A DNA stretch of 64,000 bases from Azolla caroliniana. Lineage: Eukaryota; Plantae; Polypodiophyta. Shown here piece after piece: positions 36,180 to 48,500 of this stretch. Under the pieces are notes generated by a model, which saw nothing but the letters and a program-made list of their open reading frames with translations, searched no databases and was not told the origin of the DNA. Every line of letters starts with the position of its first letter. The stretch's first letter is position 1. The position numbers and the translations under genes were made by a program. The stretch is from positions 14,322,001 to 14,386,000 of the forward strand of contig JBHGNT010000015.1 in assembly GCA_043228905.1 (NCBI GenBank), given 5' to 3'.

Positions 36180-38848
36180 TCATGCCGGAGATTGCGTCAC
36201 TGAACAAGTATCATTACGGATAACTTGTGGAGGACGACATGGTCGTGAGGCTAAAAACTCGAGGGCTGTAACAACATCAGCTATCATGGGTCTCGATGCC
36301 GCTTGCTCATGTAGACACATGGCTGAAACCGCTAGGGCTTGGAACAAGCCCTTGACGGGAAAATTGCCTTCGAGCTTTGGGTCAGCCATCTGAGCAAACT
36401 TCCTTCTGTCCTTGAAAAGGGGTCGTGCCTGCAAAACATCTCACACACCATTTCATTTATGAAAGTTATAAACAGATTGCAATACAAGAAAAAAAGCATG
36501 CAATATAATTTCCTTCAGGGTAGACAAAATCGCATCAACTTTTGAACACTAAATAAATGATAGGATATATTCTAGTTAAGAGTAGGATATTTGCATGTGA
36601 ATCATATATCTTACGTTTGGGATGGGCAACCCATGGTCATGAATAAGGGTGAAACTTCTGTTAATAGAGATGTGGCCTCTACGAAACTTCTGTTAATAGA
36701 GATGGGGCCTCTATGAGCTTCTGTTAAAAGAGTTATATTACATTATGAAATGTACTTTTCCTGATACATAGTGCCATAAAATCAGTTTGTTTATTGGAAA
36801 GTTTTAACTTCAGAAAAAAAAATTGTGTCACAGGTGAAATTCATTCTTTTCTGGTTTATGATCATATTAATAGTTTTCCTTGTATGAAATACTAAATGAA
36901 CTATGCATCAAAATATTTTCTTTCTAGGATACATTGATATTGAAAGAAATAGCTTAATTCAAGCGAGAACAAAACAATTCTAGATCATGACCAAGACAAT
37001 AAAAACCTTCCAATACGATATAAATTGTGATAACGCTAGAGAAACCAATCAATGGTTAATAATGACTAATAAGACAATAGATTGTACCCATGCAACTAGA
37101 TTGTGGTCAGCTGACGATCCTGATGGATCGATTGCTCTTCTTCCTGTTATCAATTCCAGCAACACAACGCCAAAACTGTAGATATCAGACTTCACAGTCA
37201 ACTGCCCTGTCATCGCATATTCCGGTGCGCAGTACCCATAGGTCCCCATCACCCGTGTAGAGACATGAGTCTTGTCTCCAACTGGTCCAAGTTTGGCCAA
37301 GCCAAAGTCTGATAATTTTGGATGGTAATTTTTACCAAGTAGAATATTTGAAGACTTGAGATCCCGATAAATAACTGGTGGATTAGCTGTATTGTGGAGA
37401 TAATCCAAACCCTTTGCAGCACCTGCGGCTATTTTCATACGCGTGGACCAATCCAGCGGTTCTTTACTGGCCGGAAGGTCTGAAATTGGAGAGGAATGGA
37501 GCTAAATTAGATATGGGAAAACAATCAGAGAAGAACAGATAATAAAGAGAAGGGATAAGCATTAAGTAATCAGACATATTTGGAGAGTGCCAGAACATAA
37601 ATGTATACCTACGCACTCTGGAAAACCTATTCTGAGGAACAATCACAAAACACAATCTACATACCTAAGCCTGGAGCTGATACAAATGTCGAGATATGAT
37701 CCAGACAAGAATCAAACAGGGTTATTGTTCTATGATATATTGCGATTATGGACAAAATTGAAAAGGATTATTATCTTACCGTATAAATGGTTCTCCAAAG
37801 ACCCCAATGGCATGAACTCATATACAAGTAGGCGCTGATCTCCTTCTGCACAAGATCCTATAAGGTTCACAAGATTCTCGTGGTGCAAAAGACTAAGCAT
37901 CAATGCCTCCACCAGGAACTCTCTGTTCCCTTGAAATCCATTCCGGTTAAGCTTCTTTATTGCAACCACCTGGCAGTAAAACAAAAAAAAAATTATACTT
38001 ACACAAAAAAAAAAAAACATCGATTGAAATGGCAACCAGAAATTTAGAGCAGTTTTGTTTCACCTGGCCATTTTCTAGTTGGCCCTTAAACACGCATCCA
38101 AATCCACCTTCACCAAGCAAGTAGTCTTCTCTGAAGTTTCTGGTAGCTGTCATGAGCTCACGGAACGTAAATGTGTGTGCAGACGTATCGGTATCCCGAG
38201 ATGTATTCGCAGTAGGAAAGCTCAGTGGCCCAGCCTTATGATGGGATTCATCTTCTAATGCTTCCAACGGGACTACTGTTTTCGAATTACCTGAAACATA
38301 TATATGTATGTGCATATGTTATCCATGTACAGTTACACATGCATGCATGCATGCATTCTTATGGGAATCATCATCATCATACTCCCTCCATAGGAATTAC
38401 GGTTTTCTACATCTATTCGCGTGTGTCTGTCTGTCTGCATGTATCCTTATTTGCTATCTGCACACATGCTTCTTCTTTTTTGTACATTTCCCTGGAAAAT
38501 GTTTTTTTTGTGTGTAGGCTATGGCGTGTGTCTAATGTAGGTACAATGTCTCGCACAGATGTCTTCCACAATCGTCTATATAAGATTTTCCCTATACGTT
38601 CATTTCAGGTAGAACACAGACAGTGTATGTATCGTTTCTTCACCTGGTTGAGCCCTGGGATGAGGTCGAGAAGGAGTCTGCTCAGGATGACCTAACGCAC
38701 GATTTCTTGCCCCTACATCTTCATCTGCTTCTTCTTCTGCTTCTTCTTCTTCTTCTTCTTCTTCTTCTTCGTCTAAGTCTTTGTCTTCTTCGTCTTCCTT
38801 GCTGTTATTGCGAGCAGCACCATAACAGAAGCTAAACAACCACCACAT
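36180..38848 (-). CDS. Receptor-like cytoplasmic kinase subfamily VII (PBS1/PBL27-like), 5 exons, ~420 aa
   Basis: Exons 38848-38644, 38290-38064, 37969-37780, 37479-37088, 36428-36180 (GT-AG, 1263 nt). Motifs [51 protein letters not shown]. Exon 1 is the least certain. Confidence 0.93.
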
Positions 38849-39139
38849 GAGTAGCGAAGATCAAAGGCTGTGCAGAGATGGAGACGAAGGAAGCTCTGAG
38901 GAAGGAACATGAAGAAGCAACAAAAGAGAGACGAGCAGATCAAAGGCTGCCGATGGCGAGAAAACAGAAGAAGAAGAAGAAGAAAGAAAGAAAGAAAAAT
39001 GCAAGAGTTTATTAATTGAGTGCGCAAAATTCTCTCACTCTTCTCTTTCTTTCTCTTTATTTTTGTTTTTGTTTTTCTTTCTTCTTCTTCTTTTGTTTGG
39101 AGAAGAACAATAAATAACAACATGATGTCATGTCCATCT

Positions 39140-39232
39140 ATGTACGTACGTACGTACGTATGTACGTATGTATGTCATGTATGTACGTATGTATGTATGT
39201 ATGTATGTATGTATGTATGTATGTACATACGA
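39140..39232. repeat. (TATG/TACG)n microsatellite upstream of the kinase gene
   Basis: Directly visible. Confidence 0.9.
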
Positions 39233-40362
39233 TGTGTCTAACTACTACCAAATCTTATTAAAGAGGGCAAGTGAGGGAATTGCGGGCACGGACGGACGGT
39301 ATCTGCACCGCCCGATGCAGATAAAAATAACCGCACGCTCAAAATTGCACTTTATTGGAGGGGGGCAGCCCCGAGGAGCCCGGCTCGCCTAATGCAGGAC
39401 CCTTGCCATTTGTCTTTTGGAGATTATAAAACCCCTGATGCCTGTCGTTTTAACTTATTTTTCAAACAGGAAGCCGGGGCTTTTGGACGGAAGAATGACC
39501 CAAGGAGCACCACCTGTTGTTAGTGATCACCTACCAACCACCTGTTGTCGGCGAGCCCCTGCCAACCACCCACATCCACATGATATATCGTATCTGTAGA
39601 GCTTGTCACAAGAGGTATGTATTTTAATGTTTTCTTTTTCTTTCTTGGGGGCTACAGAAATAGTCACAATGAAACTTTTTGGGGTTTAGGGTATATGTTA
39701 AAATGACCCTGATGACCCCCAAAATAATTAAAATATGTATATGGAATGATTGAGTCAAATATCTTTAGCAACATGCTAGACACATGATGGTGAAAGATAC
39801 TGATAAACACTAATTTATGTTCATGAAATGAACCTTTCTTAATCAACCCATGTTTTTAGTAACACAGTATGGAGCAATGAATTAGATGCCATGTCATACA
39901 TAATTACACATGTATTGTGAATGGGACCTCATGTGCATTTAAGCCTTATATTGAAAAATGATTTTCAAAATGGTAGATGTTCATGTATATCATGCGTTAG
40001 AGTTATAGCTTCATAGTACATTGTGTCTTTTTTTCCAACCATAACCATGACGAAGAAAAGCCATCCAAGTGTTTAAATTTGCATGAACCACAACTTAAGT
40101 CCAAACTTTTGATATCAAAATCCTTAATCATTTAAAAATCCTTTTGGCAAGTTCTCCTTCATAGTGTAAGTCTTTGAATATATCATGCCAATGTAGTGGT
40201 ACTTTAAAGGTATAGTATACAAATAATCTTTCCCCCTACGGTTGCATCTGAATCTTATGTAATTATGGGAGTGGCAAATGTGTGAACCTTATGTAAGATT
40301 GAATCGTGTGTGTGAATCTTATGTAAAACTAAATATTATGTATGAACTTCAGCGTATGAATC

Positions 40363-41274
40363 ATGGGATTCCCATTTTGGAAGATGATGGCAATTGCATC
40401 ACCCCATGGTGTGGTTAACCAACCCTCTCTTGCAACAACCCCAAAACCAAGGAGGCCGAAAATCCAATTCCAAAAGAAAGAGGTGTACATGTCTAGCTAT
40501 CATGAGATTACATCGTCCTTGGCAGATGAGGGTTCAAATGTTGGGACTGTCTTCGTGGGATTTGGGAAGGCCACAAAAACATGGGATAGAACAACAAGAA
40601 ATAAGTTTGCACGGTATGCCAATATGTTTTGGATATGAGATAATGAGTTAACTTCGTGTTTTTGTGATACATGTTGATATGGCCTAAGAAATAGGTTCCA
40701 AGTGGCATACCGAAGACTAGACCTAGCGGTCTTCATGACTGAGGCGGAATTGCGTTCGTTGTGCGCCGTGCGGGAGATGGCATCCACGTGGACAATGACC
40801 CTCTTCCGCATGTGGATGGAATACTCACTGCCCCTCAAGATCACCGAGTGGTTTCAAATTGTCTATCCATTATGGGGTACAACTGGCAGGGCAAATTGCC
40901 AAGGTGGAAGACATCCTCAGTCGCACCCCTGAGCGGGAATATGTCTTCATTCCAACATTGCACTCAGGGCATTGGGTGCTTTGGATGAAGATGCGGCAAT
41001 GTCCTACATGCATGAATAGGTTGAAAGTGAGCAACCGAATAGTCTTTTCTAATCCATTGAATAATCCTCCAACTAGCATTTTGAAGACATTGGGTGATTT
41101 GGCTATGTGACATATCTCCAGTGTTGCACACAACCATTGCATCATCAACGAAGAGCGTCATCATGTATTGCACATTCCAACCCAACCCAATGAGACGGAT
41201 TGTGAGTATTACGTGATGCAGACTATTTGGATATTGATCGAGGAGTTCATTCATGGATTCCATTTGGATGATTT
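40363..41274 (+). pseudogene. Ulp1-like (C48) SUMO-protease remnant, probably transposon-borne
   Basis: YVFIPTLHSGHWVLW (catalytic His), IVFSNPL (Asp position degenerate), then in frame after one TGA IPTQPNETDCEYYVM (Q-x-N-x-x-D-C). Frameshift near 40865. Confidence 0.7.
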
Positions 41275-42458
41275 TGTAAGTATGGCTCTGGATTGAGTAT
41301 CAACAAATTTTGTTTTTGGTAGGGCTTTAGTGATTGTGTAATCTTGGTGTGTAGGGTAATGAGCAATGGTTCGGTTTTGAAGACATGGATGTTGAGAGAG
41401 CAAGCTCAACTAGATCTGGATCGGCTGGATAAGCCTAAGCCGAATGATATCCGGAACCAGGAGCCAAATCAGAGAGCTGGATTGGAGAGCCGGATTCAAA
41501 TGTGAACCAGAAGGCTAGTAGTAGCCTATACTCCTAGACTACTATGTAGTCAGAGTCCTCGTAGCTAGTGTCAGCCGCTCGTATGAGCATTGAAGTAGAT
41601 AGTACTTCTATCAGTCCTTTTGAGGACTTGTATAAATAGTGTTGTTTAGCACGTTGTATGTACAGAGTTATAGAGTGTTATTTTTTAATTAAGTTTATGT
41701 TATGCTCTCTCTTTGTCTCTCCCATGTATGCTAAATATTCTCAAGCTTCCATTGAACCTGTGTTTTCTATTCTCTGTTGCTATCGGGCTAAACCGGTTTT
41801 GTCAAGCTTCCGCACGCTAACTTTTATAGTGGAGCTCCTTCGAAAATGCTTGGCCAAATGGGCACACCGGATTGTGGGCTTTCCCATATATTAAATGTTT
41901 GTGACAGCCATCCAAATTGCTAGCATGGTTTGTATGTATTCAACGTTCATAGTGTGCTCTCGGGGTACTATCAAATGTAGAAAATTATTTTTATATAGTG
42001 GAACCAAGGCTGTATATGTTTTTTGTATATTGGAACCAAGGCGGCCAACCTTTTTTGTATATTCTTGGCCATTTGTATGTGGTTAATTTTGTAATTACAA
42101 ATCAATGGTCAACACTTATTCCCATTTGTATATGAAATTTGTATCTCTTGTATATGAAATTTGAATAGGTTGAATATATATTTTGTATGCGCGTTGTGAA
42201 TCTTATTCCCATTTGTATATGAAATTTGAATAGGTTGAATATATATTTTGTATGCACGCTGTGAATCCTTTGAATGCAATCACCAAAAATAATCACAAGT
42301 GTCCAACCTAAATACAATTTCTGTTGGATTCATTCACACTGAAATCAATAATCAATCTTCACTTCCCTCATTGTAGTAATTGATCACACTAAATTCATTC
42401 ACTACAATTAATTTAACACAAAAAGCAATGGATTGCACAATTGCACAATTAATTTCCC

Positions 42459-43260
42459 ATGTCGGAAGATGAATTGGAGGATACGTCATGGTCGTCCACA
42501 ACATCATTTATAACTGAGGACAATTTGGAGATGCCAAATGAGTCGTCATGTTCTAATCATGAGGATGAGGCAATGGATCCCTTCATGTATCGTTCCCCGA
42601 GGTATTTTGCATTCTCAAGAGGCACGTATGATTTGATGGTTAAAGATTTATCGGGACAAGTTACAATAACATTAGAAGCATTAAGTGATGTCATAAGGGG
42701 TGCACCTCTCAATCTCCATGCATGGAAGCACATGAAGAGTTGACTCATGCTCGGGAATGAGCGTGCGATTTACCTTAAGGCATCACCTAATCTTCAAGTA
42801 ATATACGTAGAGAAATGGAGGGAGGTAGTATTAGCGTCACATGGTGGCGCATCCCATTGCACATTTTCAGAGACTCTTAAAGAATTGAAACAGGATTGGG
42901 TGACTCATGTACGCGATTATGGCATCACATCGGAGTACAAGAAAGCACTCATTTCCCATTGTGGTTGCCAACTAGTGTCAAAGGTCAATCCGAACAACAT
43001 GTTGGGAGCAAGCATTGCCAAATATAACAAGACTCTACCCATAGAGGTGATCAAGGTTGAGTCCCTTAAGTTAGACAATGCGCTCACAGATTTGCAAACC
43101 AAGTATCACACATGCTTAAGGAAAGGAGCCAAGAAGGGTGTGTGACTAGGCATAGTTGTCTTCATGTTGGGACATCTCGACACACACCTAATTCCACTTG
43201 ACGACGCAAGTGTACACCCCAACGTGGATGTACATTTCATGTGGACGTTAGAATGAATGA
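42459..43260 (+). pseudogene. Decayed ORF with an integrase-like H2C2 zinc motif, possible transposase N-terminus
   Basis: ORFs 42459-42743 and 42747-43145 are in frame across one TGA. Motif SHGGASH..TLKELKQ..GITSEY..ISHCGC. Confidence 0.4.
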
Positions 43261-43276
43261 TGGAATTGACAATGGG

Positions 43277-44040
43277 ACCTTGGTTCAAGCTTTCGGGATC
43301 GTCTTTCGATACGAGGTCATATGCCTTGCATCCGATAATCCTCAGCTTGTCGTAATTCGGCTTACTGCCGATCCATAATTCCTGAGGTATTTGAAGTCCT
43401 AGAGGCCTCCTCGGCGACATATTAATTATGTGTACTGCCATAAACATGACCTTTGCCTAGAAGCCATCCCACAATCCGGAGTGTTGGAGCATAGCAACGA
43501 TTTTTTCTTGAATTGTCTAATTCATTCATTCGGCAATTCCGTTCTGGTCCGAACTATATCGTGTTGTGTATTCAAGTCAAATGCCATGCAACCGGCAAAA
43601 TCTAATGAATTCCTCTTATTTGAACTCTCCTTCATTGTCGAACCGTAAGCATTTTAGCTTTTGTCTAGTATGGTTCTCCACCATGGCAAGTCATTCGGAA
43701 AATATCGAGAACATCCAATCTTTGGTTCTGACCAGGTATGCACACACCTTACGAGTCGAATCGTCAATGAAACTAATGAAGTAGGAGGCGCTGCCAAGAG
43801 ACTGATGTGCCATCGGGCCATAGATGTTCGAATGGACCAAATCGAGCAGACTCAATTCTCTTGGTGTTGTCGTCGGGTGTGAGGTTGTTGCTTATTTGCC
43901 ATATTGGCAATGCTCGCAGAATTGGTGGTTCGAGAAGGAGAGTTTGGGGATGTATTCGACTCTGGATAAATGCATGATGCAGGCCTTGCTGAGGTGTCTG
44001 AGTCAACTGTGCCATAATGATAACACGAGAATATCGACCA
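43277..44040 (-). mobile_element. Decayed integrase fragment of the copia-1 family
   Basis: AVHIINMSPRRPLGLQIPQELWIGSKPNYDKLRI is nearly identical to copia-1 at ~2680-2820. Confidence 0.9.
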
Positions 44041-44655
44041 GAAATAAAACATTCTAATATCACCCTTCTTATAAATGTAGGAAAATAATGCATTTGAGTA
44101 GAGATTCTTATAAGCACATATATTTTATTATTGTATTTGGTAGTGTTGTTTTTGTGGGTATAAAATACATGTTTGTAATCGATGACTTGTTTATAATGAA
44201 GGAACATTTGCAAAATATAAGATGACACGTGTATATTTATAATGTCATCTCATAAATCTTTGTTTGAGATATATGAAGACAATGATTTTGCGTTGCCTAT
44301 AATATATTGTTAGATAGCTTTTAACAATTCCAATATTGGAACACTTTGAGTAAACAAGAGTAAGTCATCATAAAAAATAGGATGTTGTAGTGGTTACGGT
44401 AATTTTATGTAAAATTAGGACATTGTAGCAATTAAGGTCGAAGGCTCTACCTAAGGAGATTGTTGGTTTGAACTTTGAATATTTAAAAAGGCTACGCATT
44501 TCGTATGTGTGTTCAAGATAGTTGGCAATGGGCATGACAAGTGAAGTTGTCCTTTTATGTCCTCTCTAGGTGGAACCAAGATAGCACTAACCAAGCCAAT
44601 ATCCCTCTAAGGCCATTGCCTCCTATTCATGGAAATGCAATGAAGCATTAGATCA

Positions 44656-44693
<38 letters not shown>

Positions 44694-45537
44694 CCACCAC
44701 CAACACCTTTGCTACCAATCACCAAGTTGCTCAATAACCACTTTTAGTCACCAAATCAATCAAGAAATGATGAGTTGATCCCAAACATATTCAAGCTCTC
44801 TTTGCCTACCCAGTACATTCAGAAAACCTATTGTCCCATGACTCACTCTACTGTGTGTTGGTCATCTAATGGGTGTATGTAACTAGTTTAAAGGAGGATA
44901 GGTGGAAAATAGGAAATAAAGATCTTTAAATAAGAAGGCTATCAATTTGGGATTGAAAATGATGGTTAATAGACCCATATAGCTTTAAAGCCAGCTAGTG
45001 GGATGGTAATCTCTCCAACAACTACACATATCACCCATAATAAAATAGAAGGGTGTGATGGTGGGGGGGATTTGCATAGTGATTCATTCCTCTTGATGAC
45101 TCAATACTAAGGAAACATCTATCTATTTTGTTTTGTTCTATGCTCGTCTATCTGATTAATTAAGCAAAGTCTTTTAGTGGTTAATATGTGTATTTTCTAA
45201 ACCATATGATGGGTTGTGTATACATATTTAGAATCGGTAATTGTCTTAGCTTGTTAGAGTAGAGCGCTCAGTGTACTAGTAGTTCATTCCGATGTTGCAA
45301 GGCCGCAGCCGCAATACGAAACTATTTAGTATTCTTTTATGTCCAACCTAGAACCTAAACAAAAGAAAAGCCTCTTAAACTTCTCATTAGCTTTTCCTCC
45401 TGTTTTGCTAATAGTTTCAACAAATTTACTGCATTCATACTGTTACAAATTCACTTGAACGGTGAAACCCACCCTTTTTACAGAAATAAATAAATGAATG
45501 AATCCACCCACCCAAACAGAAACCTTTCTTTGTTTTC

Positions 45538-48500
45538 TTACTCCCACCCAAATACATAATCTAGGATGGCAACAAGACCGAGAGAGAAAGGATATAAAAG
45601 CAATGCAATGCCCGCCACCCATGTGGGGAACACTTTCCTGAAAGATGCCAAGAGACCCATGATAATGGTGACCGCGCATACGATTAGCACCTCCGACGAG
45701 AAGTCCCAAACAAGCTCTCGGAAGTACACCAATGCCAAGAAAATACCTAATCCCATTGTACAATTCATTGTCACACCTCCATAGATCTGTAAATACATCA
45801 TGAATCAAGAACATTAGTCATCCTCTCCACGTCCCATTTTACACACAATCCGCAAGACAGATTTATCGTCAAGCCCTCCAAAATCTTAAATGGGTACACA
45901 CCTATCTCATGCACTCTAGGACCTCTTCACAGAGACAGGCAAATATGCACACAAATCTATGGAAGTGCATTATCTGCCAATCGTGCTTTCGGGATGTGGA
46001 ATCAGATCAAAACTGTTCGCTAATCTTGCCAAAAATCATGAGACATAGAAATTATTGTAGACAATACAATAAAACCACAAAATGTTTTTCGACGCCCCTC
46101 ATATTAATACCAGTCAATCAAGGGCTACACAAGCAGGTTCTCAAACACAACATTCAAAAGGGTTTACAATAGATCGGGAAACAGCAAATTGTTGTGCATT
46201 TAAATCACATCCATCTAGATCATGGGCACATCACTCTTGTCATTGACAAATAAACGTCATCATCGCCAAACACCGAATGTGCTCTCTTACTTCGGAGTCC
46301 TCTCCAACTTGGATTGGCCCTTCTTGGAGATCTTTCGAAGGCAGAAGTTTCAATTCATCTAAACTCAGAAAATCTTAAGCTCTTAGCTAATGAGATTATC
46401 TGGTATTTTAGGTGATTTTACTCATTTTGTGATAAATCGACATACATCCCTGTGACTCTAGTCTAATCGTTGAGTAGAGATCCCTATCCTAACTCATGTC
46501 AAAATACTAGAAATGAATTTGAAACAATTAAAAGTGTTTATTACCTGGGAGTATGTTAATGACATGTTCCTCTTTTTCTTGCGTGATGAGAAGAGGATAG
46601 ATGTTACTGCTTCATTTGAGTTTGCAGAAAGTGGAAGCAGCACAAAGGAGATGAAAAAAGAAGGAATATTACTTGATGCAGAGAATTCTGTTACAGCATC
46701 CACGAGTGGATCTGCAAACACAGCTGTAATGATAGTCCCCATGATTAGCAGCAACACTGCTTTTCTGATTATCTGCGATTTGGTTCGTAAGCCGTTTTCT
46801 GCTTCTTCTTCTTCTTCTGTTTCTTCGCTCTCAAATCTCTCAAGATCGTCCAGATAAGTCCGAGCCTGAATGCGTATAATTCAATATAAATAATTGCTAA
46901 AAACAATCTTCTGAGAAAGAAGACTTCCAACCATATTTATTTGAACAAACTTAATTGAAACAAAACGAAAAAAAAACTGAAAAAGCTCTTGAATGAGAAG
47001 CTCACTCGGTTCAGTTTTTCCTCATTCAAATCTGTACTCCATTTCCGTAAACCATTCAGAAATTCATCAAGTGTTATTTTCTCGTCATGGTTAACGTCAT
47101 ATTCCTCCATAATCTGGTTTGATAATATCTCTGCCAATTGATTGTCTTTTCCTTCAACAGAAGCAATTGCCAATACAAGCCTGAGTTCTTTTCTTTCCAG
47201 TAGGCCATCCCCATTATTGTCAATTGTGTCAAATAGCCTGAGGAAATATGATAATATACCAACTGAATTATTCAGCACATAATCAAATGAAAATGGAAAC
47301 TTGGACCGATAAATCAGCATTCTTTTGAATGTTAAGACAGGTGTTCAACAAACACATGAGTTCTCCCTCCATTATCACTGATTTCAACAAGGAGTACACA
47401 GTGAACGTCTTCACTTACTTTTTGGCAACATCGAGATCTAGGATCCCACGGTCATTGATCAAACGAGCATTCGGAACTTTATGACGAAAATGCTTCAGTA
47501 CACCATCCTTTAATAGAACTTTTTGTGCTATTTCTTTCCGTCGCATCTGTATCAGTGGAGTGAATACCTGCAATATAGTGCAATACAAACAGTTTCACAT
47601 ACAATGAGCTATCTTCAGGCATTAGCAAACATATATTCAACATAGTTCCATTTTTAAACATAATATTCAGTATATGATCACAGTATAGGAATAACTGGAC
47701 CTCTGTTGCACAGTGATGCATCTTATGAGGTTGTGCTGTTGGTTTAAGACAAGGATAGAGAACGATGATTTTTTGTAGATTTATTAAGAGCATATAAGCA
47801 AGCTAGATCAGGTATATAGTCATTGGAAGAATGTGTTGAAGAAAAAATTCATGATGTTTTGGAGGATGCAAGGGAAGATGTCCGAGAGGAATAAAGCAAT
47901 GTTTATATGCCAAATGATGCCTCAAAGAGTTAGCACACAAGATTCCGAGAGGTGGATATTTCTGAACACCACCAAGGGGATATTTGTGCTTCCAATTAGC
48001 ACAAATTCTTACACACAGCAAAATGTGTGAAAAGCTGAAGCAATGGATCATCCTCCATGAATGATCATATTCTGTTTTATGACGGTTCAGTTATTTGCAT
48101 TTCTGCATTCGATATGACAGCTCAGTTATTTGCCTTTCTCTAGCATCTTGGATAGAGTTCTCTCTAGTCCAGACTCCTCTGTCTATGGCTTCAAAGAACA
48201 GAGCTTTTTAAGGTTTCTTAGGGTGTCTTTCCATCATCTTAGGTCTTCAAAATTTTTACTTTTCTGAAATGGTCAATGGTGAACATGTGAGTTTTCTACT
48301 ATACATAATATAATACATTTTTAAGTGTGAAGTTAGTTTCTGTTATTGTTGCAAAATATGTTGGATGCTAAGGTGTCTAAGAATAAAGCTCCACAAAGAT
48401 TCAAGTATCATAACAATCAAAGAAGGAGCTTGAAGAGATAAAAGTTAGAGGCGTTTTCCAAAAGTGTCAAAAATTAAAAAAAAGCAGGGCGTGGATATGA

